A stretch of 64,000 nucleotides of DNA, from contig NW_026855648.1 of NCBI RefSeq assembly GCF_026571515.1, forward strand, positions 186,001 through 250,000. The letters are read 5' to 3'. Position numbers and translations under genes: made by a program. Positions 12,000-24,644 of the stretch are shown one piece after another. The notes below the pieces were generated by a model that saw nothing but the letters and a program-made list of their open reading frames with translations, had not been told where the DNA came from and did not search any database. Each line of letters opens with the position of its first letter. Position 1 is the stretch's first letter. This DNA is from Ruditapes philippinarum (lineage: Eukaryota).

Positions 12000-13500
12000 A
12001 TTTTTCACTTTTAGGTTCAGTGTCACTCTTACTAGTAATATGGTCTTCTTCATCTAGAGTAATTTCTTCTGTATATATAATGTTGGTTTCTATATTGTGT
12101 GTTGTATTCTGGTTGTTCCTTCTTTCTTCTTTCTTGTTATAAGAGTTCTAACTGTTTCACTATTTTATTCATTTTCTCCATTAAATGTTACATCATCATC
12201 ATCATCATTTGTTTGTCAAATGGTATCTTGTTTTTATCTGTTGTTTTTTTTAAATCAGAGTATCTCCTTTATCTCTATTTTCTAATAATGTCTGTATGCA
12301 TCTTTAATACCTCTATTACTCTCACAAGGTCTCTGTGTATCCCTTATGTAGTTATGATATTCGAATTCGAATTTCGAATTCATGCAACATATGTGTTGTC
12401 ATCAATAAAATTTACACATGCAACTTTTTCACATTGAATATCTCTGTCTATGTTTATCAATCTTCGGGTTAGTGTTTTTTCCTGATTTTTCAACAATAAC
12501 AATCTTTCCATAAGCAGCCGTTCAAGTTCATTCTTTTTCTCAATTTCTCTTTGTTATCTTTCTAATCTTCTATTTATCAAGTTCATATTCTTTCACTTTA
12601 AATGTGTATCCTTTTCTTTACTTTCTTTTTTCTCTTTATTTCTTTTTCGTTCGAAATCTATTTGTTTATTTGTTGTAAGAAAATATTCTCTATCTGAGTC
12701 TTATTGAATTTTGTTCTCTTGTCTATTGTACTGATCACCCAATCTGTTTACACTACGATCACGTTCAATGTCTTTGCTATTGTCGTCACTGATTTTAACT
12801 TTTGGTCGACATGATGAATATTTTAGTTTGGATTTGTGTCTTTAACTGTATCATTATGTCATTATTATCATGTCAAAGAGACTTCATTTTTATATCTAAT
12901 TTCTCATTTCTTTGATGATATTTACATATGAATCATCACTCAATAAAAAATATCACTTACACATTTTGAAGCAAATATTTCAAATGAAACACTCTTTTCT
13001 ATTTGTTTTCGGTTGTCCATTTGTTTGTATACCTCCTTTAACATTGTAAACACTGTCTTTTGAACTAGATTCCAATCTTTGTAATCTGTCATTGTCAACG
13101 TAATCTACGTTTCAAAGATCTTCCATATTTTAAATTTTTGCTGTTATACACTTGTTGTATGTATTGTTGTTGTTCTTTTAAAACATGTCTATCTTGTCTT
13201 CGTTCATTTAGCATAACATACTCTTCATCAACATTTTGTATTGGTCTACTTTGTATATCTTCATTTACATGTGCAATCACATTGTCACTATATATTTTCT
13301 TTGTCTACCATCATTTAATACTCAATCCATATTTAATCCTTGTCTATCTGCACTTTGTACACTTTTTAATTCATTTTCCCTGATATTATCTAGTCTATAT
13401 TCATTTGTTAATTCACTCTATTAGTGTATTTGTTTTTGTTTCTTTATACGATATCTTCTTACATTTCTCTTTCATAAATTGTTTGATCCATATTTGAATT
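12000..13500 (-). mobile_element. Probable degenerate gag/5' region of the same Gypsy element
   Basis: Strongly purine-rich minus strand encoding broken K/E/R-rich coiled-coil-like peptides, contiguous with pol. Confidence 0.4.
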
Positions 13501-13592
13501 ACACTTTTAGTACACTGTTCTATTTTTGTATATGGCAAATGAAATATGTTTTGTTTCATATTTCAGAGTATTGTTCATACAACAGGTGAAGG

Positions 13593-14867
13593 ATGTACGA
13601 CAAAATTTTGTATGCTTACACAACCATGGTCATAACATTGTCCAGTAATTTATGTTCCAGTTTGAATATTACAGACGCCAACTTTCTCTATTCTAAGTTG
13701 TTTAAGAATTACAACAAAAACATTCTGCCTTTACAAAATCAATGTGAAGCTGTCGATGTCAGTATGTACATGTATTTGTCGAGTATAAACAGTTTTGATG
13801 AATTGTCTGGTGAACTATCATTCAGCGTTCTTTTTAATTTCACTTGGAGGGAAGAGCGAATAAATTGGTCAGTTGACGATTATGGCGGGAAAACGTCGCT
13901 GCTTTTTGCGCCGGAAGATATGTGGAAGCCTAAAATATTCGTTCGTGAATCTGTCGATAATATGGGAGAAATTGGGAAACTATCTGACATGTTGAGGATA
14001 ACATATGACGGTTTCGTTGTGTGGACAATTGGAGAGGTTCTTAAGGTTGTTTGCCCAGTAGATGTTACATTCTTCCCTTTTGATAGCCAAAAATGTCCAG
14101 TTACTTTGACAACTGTGACAGTGAGGTCGGAGGAAATGAAAATCAAGACATTGTCATCGTCTGTTGACACGGTATTCTTGATGAATAACAGTCAGTGGAG
14201 CTACGTCAGCAGCAGGATATTTAGTTTTTCTGAACCGACCAGACAATCTGGAACACTTCTTGAAATTTCATTGAAGCGAAGAAGCGAATTTTACGTTATT
14301 TACCTTATAATTCCATTAGTATTTCTTGGAAAAATAAACAATCTCGTCTTTGCCATACCGGCATTTGCAGGCGAAAGAAATTCTGTGGCAATAACTTCTT
14401 TCTTATCATTTGCTGTGTATATGCAAATTGTCAACAGCAGCGTTCCACAAAGTTCCAAACCGATAGCGTATATTTATTACTATCTGTTGTTTTTACTTAT
14501 ATACAGTTCATACATCATGTTTGCTTGCATTGTGTCTTTGCGTATCTATGACAAGCAAGGAAAGGTTCCTGCATGTGTAGAAAATCTAGTCAGTACTTTA
14601 AGATTCTGGTGCTGTAAACAAAGAAGAAGACCACTTGATAAAATAAACTCTCTCTACCGCTCCGATTCACAAACTGACATTTCTGAAACTGAGCAAGACA
14701 ATACTGACGTGAAACCGAATCTTGAAGACAAATTCGAGGATAAAGAGGTTACTTGGACGCTTGTTGGAAAAACGTTTGATATATATTGTGGAGTTTTCAA
14801 CTTTATTATTTTTATTACTTTTACCTGGTCGTCATTTATCAACTTATATCTTAACCAAAGTTTATAA
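13593..14867 (+). CDS. Cys-loop ligand-gated ion channel subunit, nAChR-like, non-alpha, subfamily B (divergent); intronless CDS (gene 1)
   Basis: 424 aa. Signal peptide, WKP loop A, Cys-loop CPVDVTFFPFDSQKC, four TM helices, M2 GERNSVAITSFLSF. Splice acceptor tttcAG at 13565-13566 in the 5' UTR. Confidence 0.93.
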   Translation: MYDKILYAYTTMVITLSSNLCSSLNITDANFLYSKLFKNYNKNILPLQNQCEAVDVSMYMYLSSINSFDELSGELSFSVLFNFTWREERINWSVDDYGGKTSLLFAPEDMWKPKIFVRESVDNMGEIGKLSDMLRITYDGFVVWTIGEVLKVVCPVDVTFFPFDSQKCPVTLTTVTVRSEEMKIKTLSSSVDTVFLMNNSQWSYVSSRIFSFSEPTRQSGTLLEISLKRRSEFYVIYLIIPLVFLGKINNLVFAIPAFAGERNSVAITSFLSFAVYMQIVNSSVPQSSKPIAYIYYYLLFLLIYSSYIMFACIVSLRIYDKQGKVPACVENLVSTLRFWCCKQRRRPLDKINSLYRSDSQTDISETEQDNTDVKPNLEDKFEDKEVTWTLVGKTFDIYCGVFNFIIFITFTWSSFINLYLNQSL

Positions 14868-15239
14868 TATTCCGAAGTTTTGTCTAAGCAATGATAAAAA
14901 ATGATAAAGTATACTTTTCATCGTGACATACATATTTTAAATTATGTTTTATTTTGCAAATCAACATATATAAATTTGTGACAGCAAATGTATATAGTGT
15001 AGCATTATTTAGGAAGTGAATTGATCAGATTTTACGATATGCATTACACCCAAAAAATGAAATTGAAATTTATCTTATGATGTACTATGTCTAAAGGCAT
15101 TAATTCAAATTGTTTATTGTTATTATTTGTTATTGTTTATACCCATTTATGACATTTACCTGTTTGTTATAAATGACTTAAATTATTATGTTTCTATGGT
15201 AAAAACTCTTTTAGTGAGATATTGCATTGTATTATTTAT

Positions 15240-15760
15240 TTATCTTCTTTGTTTCCGCCAACTCTACCAGAAATTACTTCTTATCCTTTGCGAATACAAA
15301 AGACAAAACAATTATATTACTATAGCTAGGCGCACTCAGTTAAACAATGCATCCTTTTTACCATCCTTAGAATTAAAGAATACCATCGACCCAGGTATAC
15401 GAAACCCTCCAACACATAACATGTTTAAATCTAGGCTTAAAACCTGTTTAAAGCACCAACAGTTCCGAAATATTTTCTTCAAAGCCAGAGAAACGTTTAT
15501 GAAATAATTGCAGTAATTCAAATAACGATTAATGTAATAATAATTTGCGAGAAGACCTTTTAATCAATGTGATTTTGTGATTGAAAATGCCAAGTATTGT
15601 TATCGTTACGTCGAACAACCAATAATACTCTTTCGAGAAACTCGATCTTATATCATCTATTTAACATTGACGCACAATTTTGTGGTCGCGAAACTTTTGA
15701 ATACGAAGTTAACGTTGTCATTTTCGAATCTATTGACGACCAATCGTTTTGATAATAATT
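15240..15760 (+). mobile_element. 3' fragment of a CR1-clade LINE (ORF2 C-terminus)
   Basis: RRTQLNNASFLPS..IRNPPTHNMFKSRLK matches the RT..SFxP..WN.L...IRN..S...FK..LK signature of CR1/L2 ORF2 ends. Confidence 0.65.
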
Positions 15761-17170
15761 GACATTACACATTTTTCTTTTTTTATTCCAAAGATTTTCA
15801 TTTATTTAGGCTAGTTTGCTCTAAACTTAATGAACATAAATGTCAAACATACAAAAACCATCATTCTCTAACTTATAGTTATTAATCATTGCTACAGCAA
15901 GATCAGGATAGACACCTGTTGATGGATAGCACATTTAAATCAAAATCGTTGTACATTTAATGAATAAATGAACTGAATGATTGTTGCCGTAATAGTATTT
16001 TTTCTAGTATATTTATTCCTGTGAAGGGCATATTCTATTGTTGCTAGAACTTGTTGCCCAACCCTTTTGCTTTTTTTGTTACGTACTTTATTATTTGTAC
16101 AATATTTTACATGTAAATATGTTTAAACTAATTGAATTGTATAACGCAATGTTGAATTTCCTTTGTATGGCACATGTATTGTCTTTGTATGGCATTTTTT
16201 GAATTGTTTTTGTACTGTACTATATACATGTATATTTACCGTTGTGTTGCTGTTTAGGTAATATTCTGTTATTAAGATAGAAATTTTTTTAATAGAAACC
16301 CTTGAAAAACGCCCAAAACGGCAAAATTGGAGATATTACCACGGGCTCGGTTTGACTGAGCCTGATCATGGACAGTAGTGGTATATGCAAGCTGCCGTCC
16401 ACCCTGGCTCAAACTTTAGCGGTATGCAACAATTTATTTTATTTTTATCAAAATATCTACTTTTTATGAAGACAATCTACATTATACATTATCTGATTGT
16501 TTGAACATCTGTCAGGTCTGTCGGTAAAATATAATAAATATTGAAGTCCATTCGGAGTTCATGTGCAGTTACAATGCATCGCTTTGAATTACACCAAATG
16601 ACAGCGTAAATAAATGATTATGATTATGCGTTGCTGCGTACAACAATAATTGGGAAAAAAACACAAGTTATTAAGTGATTGCAATCCACAACTTAATATT
16701 TTTAATTATCATGTGATACTAATGGGATGTCATTATCTAAAAGTTGCTTGTAAATAGCAACCGTGACTCTTTAAAATGATATATCTAATAGTGCGTGCTG
16801 TTTATCTAATATAAATGCTTTTAGAGGAAATATAAAAATAATGTGTCTTGCGCAAACAACTATGCTTTTATCAAAACGTAAACATATAAATTGACTCTAC
16901 CCCATAGGACTGTTTAAAAGCTGTGCTGGTGCCGTGACAAATATTCAATTGCTTTGGCAGATTACGAAATATCGTATTGATTCTTTGAAAAAGTTGTTAT
17001 CATCTCTGAAACTTAATAGTTTTGTTGCTTTGGGAATTGTATCCAGTGATGGGTAATAAAGCGTTTTAATTGCCAATAATTCTATAAGAATTTCATTTTG
17101 CTTTTCTAAAAACTAAATGCGGTAACGGATTATCGTGGTTATGCAAGAAGAAATATACATATCAACTAAG

Positions 17171-17448
17171 GTAAGATATATTGTTCTCCTGGAAATTGCA
17201 GTTTAGAGATTTATAGATGAATTAAATTTTGTCATTCTACCGATTTATGAATATAAGATATCTTGGTATACTTAGATTTCTTTCATATTTGGTGGGAACA
17301 TTTGTTAATCGAGATAATCCAATATTTCTTTTTTAAACAATTTTGAGAAACAATTTCAATGGGTTTTCAATTTATTAACCAATACCAAATTTCAGCTGCT
17401 TTTTTAATGTGCAATTGACAATTTCAGATTAATATCTTTAATTTTCAG
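17171..17448 (+). other. Predicted 5' UTR intron of gene 2
   Basis: Donor AAG|GTAAGA at 17171 and acceptor ttttcAG at 17447-17448, 49 nt before the ATG. Confidence 0.55.
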
Positions 17449-17497
17449 ATATGTACTACATGTTACTTCAAGAATCCTATTAGCGTACATTGCTATA

Positions 17498-18838
17498 ATG
17501 AAAAATAAGTCTTGTTCTGCTAACAAGTCTATTGCGGTACTTATTCTGATCGTTTTAGCAGATATACCGGTGTCACCTCTCAATGTATCTGAAGCAGATA
17601 ATCTCTACACAAAGCTATTAAATGGTTATAATAAAAGGCTTTTGCCTGTCACTAATCAAAGCGGACCAGCTCATGTTGGTGTCTATATATATTTACTTAG
17701 TATCAATAAGTTTGATGAACTCTCTGGCGAGTTAGCTCTCACTTTAATTTTCAATTTCACATGGAGGGAAGAGCGCATGTCATGGTCTCCTGACGACTTC
17801 GACAGTAAAGCATCTCTTCTTATGTCACCAGAAGATGTATGGCGACCTAAAGCATTTGTTCGTGAATCATTCGACAATATTCAAGAAATAGGTAACGGGT
17901 CTGAAATGGTACGGATTACTTATGAGGGAATTGTTGTTTGGACACTTGGTTCTGTAACACGAGTTACATGTCCTGTGGATGTGACATTTTTTCCATTTGA
18001 CATTCAATCTTGTTCAATAACACTGACCACTCTTACAGTAAGAAGTGAGGACTTAACGTTTCATTCAATGGAACCTTCAGCCGATATAAGATACTGGGCT
18101 AACAACAGTCGATGGGAGTTCCAGAAAAGCATAATTCACAGCTATGCTATACGAGATGGACCATCTGGTCTTGTTTTAACTATAACATTGAAACGACGTA
18201 GCGAGTTTTACATAATTTACATAGTTGTACCGTTAGTTTTCCTTGGTGGAATGAATAACCTTGTGTTTTACATGCCGGCTTCATTTGGGGAGCGCACTTC
18301 AGTTGCAATTACGGCCTTTCTTTCATTTGCTGTATACATGCAAATTGTAAACAATAATGTTCCGCAAAGCTCGTCGCCAATAGCTTACATATATTATTAT
18401 CTGATGTTTCTTTTGTTATATAGCTCGTACATTACATTTGCTTGCATCGTGTCGATGCGAATATATGACAGGAAAGGCAAAGTTCCGGTATTCACAAAAT
18501 ACCTCGTTATCTGTTTAAAATGCATGTGTTTCAGAAGAATGTGTAAGAAGAGGAAAGTAAAAGATCTAAAGCCAAAATTGCCAGATTGTACAATGGAAAC
18601 AAATATTGACGGCGAGGAAAGTTATGGTGATGAATGCAAGCAAGTAAAGTCAAAGGATGAACACGCAAATGAACAAGAAAACGATGAAATAACTTGGACA
18701 ATAGTTGGAAAAACATTTGATATGTATTGTTCTGGATTCAATTTTCTAATTTATTGGGTAGTTACTGGTGTTACATTATTAAGTTTGTATCTTAACGCTG
18801 AATTTTTGAAATCATTCTCTCTTGAAAAGCACTATTAA
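17498..18838 (+). CDS. Cys-loop LGIC subunit, nAChR-like, non-alpha, subfamily B; intronless CDS (gene 2)
   Basis: 446 aa. Signal peptide, Cys-loop CPVDVTFFPFDIQSC, M2 GERTSVAITAFLSFAVYMQ, M4. Confidence 0.95.
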   Translation: MKNKSCSANKSIAVLILIVLADIPVSPLNVSEADNLYTKLLNGYNKRLLPVTNQSGPAHVGVYIYLLSINKFDELSGELALTLIFNFTWREERMSWSPDDFDSKASLLMSPEDVWRPKAFVRESFDNIQEIGNGSEMVRITYEGIVVWTLGSVTRVTCPVDVTFFPFDIQSCSITLTTLTVRSEDLTFHSMEPSADIRYWANNSRWEFQKSIIHSYAIRDGPSGLVLTITLKRRSEFYIIYIVVPLVFLGGMNNLVFYMPASFGERTSVAITAFLSFAVYMQIVNNNVPQSSSPIAYIYYYLMFLLLYSSYITFACIVSMRIYDRKGKVPVFTKYLVICLKCMCFRRMCKKRKVKDLKPKLPDCTMETNIDGEESYGDECKQVKSKDEHANEQENDEITWTIVGKTFDMYCSGFNFLIYWVVTGVTLLSLYLNAEFLKSFSLEKHY

Positions 18839-21800
18839 TATAATATCCGGAATAATAATACTGGTACAAATGTTTTTCCTTGATCAATACCAAAAACATG
18901 ATCATTGGTTAACACAAGTGTTTACCCGGGACAAAAACATGAAGCTTTAATTTGTTTCTTCGATCAGAACTAGTAATGTATTTGCCGGACCGATAAACAG
19001 GTATGCATGTGTTGCCCAGGCCAATTTCAATTTTCTTTGTTGACAAGTATTACAAATGTAGCTGTGTAAATGTCGACTTCGGACTTATCTATGTTGTTAA
19101 ATGCTTGACCAATATGAGTTATGTAAATGTTCACTCTGGGAAAGTAGTGTTATATTGATAAATAATTAAACCTTTTGACCGAACAGGAGTAGTGATATTC
19201 ACCCCCGACCGATCCTAAGGATTATTGCGACGGACGCGCCCTCAGGCGCGTTCAGAGCTAAGTCATCTACACATGGGATTTCGTCGGCTACAATCGCGCA
19301 AAGTGTCCTAAACCGATTAACAGCCCAAGAAATAGTACATGAATTTGATCCTTCAAAACTCCCATACTTTGTCGGGATATCTTAAAGTCTTCCATAATTA
19401 GCCTTTTTAATTTCAAATTAAGTTATCCAAGTTAAAATATGAACGTATATTATTGATAAAAACGTTGTAGTCCCGTAGTATTATTGCGCAATATGCAAAT
19501 TACTGCCAAAACGATTTACCGCTGTTGAAAAAGTAGGACAGCAAATTATACTACAATAAAGGTGTAAGCTCTGAGTTCCAAGACATTATTAGTAGAAAAT
19601 AAATATTTCTACATTATACAAAACATTATTATTAACAAATCAAAAGTTTTTCGTGACTCTAGGATAACTCGCGCATTAATAAAAGAAGAACTATTTTCGT
19701 GACTCATACCGCGGGTTTAGCTGAATATTCAGCAGTTATTAATAAATTAGATACAGTACAATGGTTAGTATAAATATCTATTTTTGAAAATGCATGTAAG
19801 AAGAGAGTTTTTCAACACTTTACCACCATGTAGTCTTTCATGGTAAGGAAGTTATAATATAAGTAGAAACAGTTCTACTTCCGATTTACATATTTTTCTA
19901 GGTCACGATATGAGTTAACCTTCGCTATTCTAAAAATAGATTCTGCTTCACTTGTGCTGATTTTTGGACAGGCGATTATGGAGTACACATTATACATGTA
20001 ATAAACCAACGGATTACATGCAATACTTTTAGAAATTCTATACGATTGTAAGAAGCAAACAAGTTGAAAATGGAATTTACTGTGAAATTGAAAAGGACAA
20101 CTAAACACTGTAGTGCTTAAGTGACATTTAAATTAAAATAAAAACGATGTGCTCTGGCCTCTACATCTTTACCTTGTAAATAAAAAAAAATCTAAAAAAT
20201 ACACTATTAATTGCTGATGATTTTAACCATTTTTTTTTTTTAATGAGACATATCCAAGAGAAATAAAAATACAAATGACTTATATTTTATTGTCTATATG
20301 TCCACTATGATATAACACGAGGCAATTCTAAATAGCATTCTCAAATGTATAATGTATTATGCTTGAAGTATATTTGCATGGTTTTATTTTAGAAATATTT
20401 CGTTGACAGTATATTTTTTTTTCTATTTACATATCATTTCTTGGAATAAATCGATAAGGACACTGATTTACAAGTTTGACCAGAGTTTTAAGGCATAAAT
20501 TTCATTCTGTATTTAAGTGCTTGAAAGTAAAAAATCTAAATTATATCAGTTTGGGACACAAAATATATTGCTCTACAAATCTCGAACTTGTATGGAACAA
20601 ATTTTCTTTGTTATATATTTTGTGTTTCGATTTTGTTTTTTTTTTTTCTAAAAAAAGCCTTAATGTCTCTCCGGTTGCATGTCCGTCGCATTCAGTGCTG
20701 CAGCACTTTGATTATTTCTGTTATCTTGATCGATGATTTCAATGTCACTTCTTTACTCACTCTAATTATTCAAACATTTTCCCTTTGCATGCACTATCAG
20801 TGTCATTCCTTGTCAATATAAATAATGTAAAATAATTTGTATTGCATTATTGTTCCCTAGAAGCGTCAAACTGGAATGACAAAACGTATGGGTAAACAAA
20901 CAAACTTGTTTATGTTGCCAGGAACATTTCTAAAAATGTAAATATTATTTCTGTTTCAATGTCAGTGTAGATATTACCTTTTGATGATACTAAATATAAA
21001 CTAGCCTTTGTAAAACCCAAAAACTTTAGAAATATATTATTGGTTTGAATATACATGTATATAAAGGAATAAAGCACAATCAAATTTGACTATAGTTTAT
21101 TCTTTTTCTACTCCATCTTGCAGGCTGCGACTCATAGCGACAACAAGGTGTATCTATGTTTTTGTATTTTAGGTTTATATTTTAAAGCATAATGTCTGTG
21201 ACAGAGGCAACTTTAGACAATTATTACGCGTTGATAAATGTAATATAGTTCATGAATCAGAAATCAGAAAAAAGTTTGTTTAGCTTATCTACAAAAGACT
21301 TTCTCCGAAATCAAGAATATTTTGTGTTTTCCCCAGCTAATCCGGGGTTACCGTTTACAGCTTAGAAAATAATCGAAACAGGTTGACCGGTAGTGCACCG
21401 TTAAGCTTAAACGGTAAAAAGTTGTTTGTACCTGCCCATCTATTGCACGACGTTATTCGTTATGCTAGAAAAGAGGTTCCATCTGAAAATTTATATTCAA
21501 AATAAAAGAATTCCTATCAGTAAATCCTACAATGAAAGCATACTTGAATTTCAACACTAACGTGAATATCTTCCCTTTTAATTCCGTAAAACATAAAACC
21601 AACTAACTTGTACATATTAAAGCAATTTTATTGCTAAAATATTTTATCTCTTAAAGAAAATCTGTTTGTAAACATTCAAGTATTTTCCGTATCTATTTTC
21701 CGTATGTTTTGTATATTCAACGGCATGATTTTATTGTATTTTCGATCTTTAACATTTGAAATATTGAAACCCGTGATGTTAAACATGAAGACACTGATTT

Positions 21801-21849
21801 AAAGTACGTGGCAACTTTTTGACAGCCTCATAACACCTGCTTGTTGTTA

Positions 21850-22050
21850 TTATAAAATAGAGAAAATAAGAATACCCAAAAGTAAGCCCAACACGGCAAA
21901 AATTAAAAGTGTTGCAAGCTTGATTCGACTGAACTTGTTCCTGGACGGTACCGTTAAGTTCAAACTATCCTCCACGCCCCTAGCACCGGTTTAAGCAGAT
22001 TCCAACATTTAAACATGAAATGGTAAGATTTTGAATTTAGAAACATCCGC
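21850..22050 (+). repeat. Copy of an old unclassified dispersed repeat (core CCCCTAGCACCGGTTTAAG)
   Basis: Related copies at ~9340-9480(-), 16300-16410(+), 26040-26331(-), 34365-34420(+, partial), 50075-50150(+), 51560-51740(-) and 56130-56230(+, partial). Confidence 0.75.
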
Positions 22051-23289
22051 AGATCGATGTGTTCATACGTAAATGACGTCAAGTCAATACATACGAATGG
22101 CAGTGCAGCATCATTTTTTTTCTGAGTCGCAGTTAAGACGTCACGGGTATGTGATGATAAGTCACATGTTACTATAAATATTAACAAATTTAACAAATAT
22201 TTCAACTTGTTATGAATGTCATATGACCGATTATGAGTTTTGTGACACGGGATCATAATCGGCCCGCTTAACATAAGCGCGTGAAAAATCGGTCAAATGT
22301 CAACGCAGTCTAGGCGGGGTTTATAGTAATGATGACTAGATTTTAAGACAAGTTTAACTGAAACGCAAATAATCCTTTATAAATAATGAATCTCAGGCTG
22401 AAGTCCTTGGGGCCATAATTTATTAAGCAAACCAATATTAACCTGCCGGTCCTACTCTGCCGTGTTTTAACCTCTTATTACGTACAGGTATCAGATTTTG
22501 TAAGGGTTCTTAAATCAGTTTAGAAAAGTCATGACCGGGCATAGATTTATACAATTAAATATTGTTTGCTGGCTATTAACACATACAACGGGTCCATAAT
22601 GATCACTTAATGTGTACTTTCAAAATATTGGAACTGTAATTATTGATTATGATTCCATACCTGAACTGTTCTATAAATGTTTATCAATATTTCAATTTCA
22701 CCATTCTTTCCTTTAACAATGGACTGACAATAATACAGTTCTAGTTTACGTAGCGCGTGATTGAACTTTTTGAACGGCTTTTATTATTTGGTTTATCGTC
22801 AGTCAATGGTTTGAGTATTCAAGAAAAAACACTAGTTATGTTAGCCCTGCAATTATGTTTTAATAATTACACGTAAATATGTTTGTGGAAAAAAACAACA
22901 ACAATAACAGCAGCAACAACAAAATGGAAAACAGTCTCTCACTTATTTGGAATAAATATTTCTTTTGCATTTGCATTGCAAATCTAAGGATATATCTCTA
23001 CAATGCCAGTTTATTACTGAAAATATATTTGAATACATCAGCAATATAAAGTGAATCGGGAATGCAGTTTACCGTTTGTTTACCAAAATGTGAGTTCAAC
23101 ATCTTATTTTGTGAATGAATAAATGACAGACTAAATTTCTTAATCGCTAATTGTTTTTCACGTGCATTTTTGGTACATCTGATAATTATTTATCATAAAA
23201 AGCCGAAGGTGACAGAAACCTGCAAACATTCAATTCCCCTTTAGCTTAAAAGTCATGATGAATATTGTGAAATATACTTGTTGTTAATT

Positions 23290-23319
23290 TTTATACGATG
23301 ATGATAAAATAAGTCAGTT
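23290..23319 (+). promoter_or_regulatory. Candidate TATA-like plus Inr (TCAGTT) core promoter of gene 3
   Basis: TTTATAC about 24 nt before TCAGTT (23314-23319). Same spacing is conserved before gene 5 (36098) and gene 9 (58054). Confidence 0.4.
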
Positions 23320-23349
23320 GAAACAATAAAAATCATGTTTTAAGCTGCG

Positions 23350-24618
23350 ATGAAGACCATAATTACAATGGATTACAAACTATTAATCGTGAACTTTTTA
23401 CTATTTCGACTTGAATACATTCACTGCTCAAATATTACACAGGTCGAAAGTTTATACACAAATTTATTCCAGAATTATAACAGGAAACTTTTTCCATTAA
23501 TAAATCACAACAATTCAATGGAAATAAATTTCACGATAGGAATCGTAAGTATAAATAATTTCGATGAGCTGTCTGGTGAAATAGAACTTACAATGTATTT
23601 CACTTTGCAATGGACTGATGAAAACTTGGTATGGACACCATCTCAATATGGCGGCAAATCGGTGTTGTTAGTAGCTCCAGAAGACATTTGGCGACCACAA
23701 CTTTATCTTCTACAATCATATGACACACTCCAGGAGATAAGTAACAATTCAGTCATGGCACGATTATTCTCGAATGGCCAAGTCATGTGGAATATTGGAA
23801 GTGTTTTGAAAATTGTTTGTTCTGTTGACGTGACGTATTTTCCTTTTGATACCCAGACATGTTTATTAATGGTTTCAGGCTGGGCCTACACAAACGAGGA
23901 AGTGTTGTTTTTCGTGAATGATGCAAAAGTAAGTGAAGATTATTTTTACAACAATAGTCAATGGATACTTCAGTCGGCAACGTCACAGAACTATTATGAT
24001 ATAATATCATCATTTCCACCGACGATTTTTGTGATACTACAACTACAAAGGCGAAGTGATTTTTTTGTAGTCTACATAATATTTCCAATGGTGTTCCTTG
24101 GCCTTATAAATAATCTTGTGTTTGTTATGCCTGCAAATTCTGGAGAGAGAACATCAGTTGCTATAACAACATTTTTGTCATTTATTGTTTTTATGCAAAT
24201 GATAAATTCGATTGTTCCGGAGAGTTCAGAACCTATGGCTTATATATATTATTATATTCTTTTTCTATTGGTTTATAGCTCACTCATTTTATTTTTGTGT
24301 ATATGCTCGTTATGTATCTATGACAAGGACACACCAGTTCCTCCGTCCATAGAAAAGATGATTTATTGTTTTCGATGTTGGTATTTCAAGAAAAACAAAG
24401 ACAAAGTAACACCTGAGAGGAGAGCATCCATTTTGTCTGAGCAAGTTGACGTAAAAAGCATTAACGAAAAGATATCATTCAGTCAACATGTTGATGATAC
24501 TCCTTTAGTGACTTGGATATTGGTTGGCAAGACATTTGATTTCTGCTGCTATGTTTTTCTGTTGTTGACATATTTGGCGGTAACCATTCATACGTTCGTA
24601 AAATTATATTTTAACTAG
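23350..24618 (+). CDS. Cys-loop LGIC subunit, nAChR-like, non-alpha, subfamily A; intronless (gene 3)
   Basis: 422 aa. Cys-loop CSVDVTYFPFDTQTC, loop B SGWAY, M2 GERTSVAITTFLSFIVFMQ. Confidence 0.95.
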   Translation: MKTIITMDYKLLIVNFLLFRLEYIHCSNITQVESLYTNLFQNYNRKLFPLINHNNSMEINFTIGIVSINNFDELSGEIELTMYFTLQWTDENLVWTPSQYGGKSVLLVAPEDIWRPQLYLLQSYDTLQEISNNSVMARLFSNGQVMWNIGSVLKIVCSVDVTYFPFDTQTCLLMVSGWAYTNEEVLFFVNDAKVSEDYFYNNSQWILQSATSQNYYDIISSFPPTIFVILQLQRRSDFFVVYIIFPMVFLGLINNLVFVMPANSGERTSVAITTFLSFIVFMQMINSIVPESSEPMAYIYYYILFLLVYSSLILFLCICSLCIYDKDTPVPPSIEKMIYCFRCWYFKKNKDKVTPERRASILSEQVDVKSINEKISFSQHVDDTPLVTWILVGKTFDFCCYVFLLLTYLAVTIHTFVKLYFN

Positions 24619-24644
24619 TTTCTGAATATCTTTTATATACATTT

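Larger units (their letters stand above)
8890..12000 (-). mobile_element. Decayed Ty3/Gypsy LTR retrotransposon pol region (RT remnant, RNase H, integrase), with many stops and frameshifts
   Basis: Minus-strand peptides RLDVVFKRLSENNFKINPFKC and GHGVSKEGIQAD..KVIKNWPTPKS (RT), HTDASSKG..VIAYAS (RNase H), ILIVTDHFTRY..YGFPDKIHCDQG (integrase). RT-RH-IN order is Gypsy-type. Purine-rich tract plus TG at ~8900-8910 is a possible PPT/3' LTR start. Confidence 0.88.

Noticed and set aside
13880-14842. Antisense or alternate-frame ORFs over receptor genes (also 17683, 18531, 23783, 30993, 41629, 52871, 53448, 63608)
   Set aside because: Shadows of the real CDS. Their recurrence only reflects paralogy
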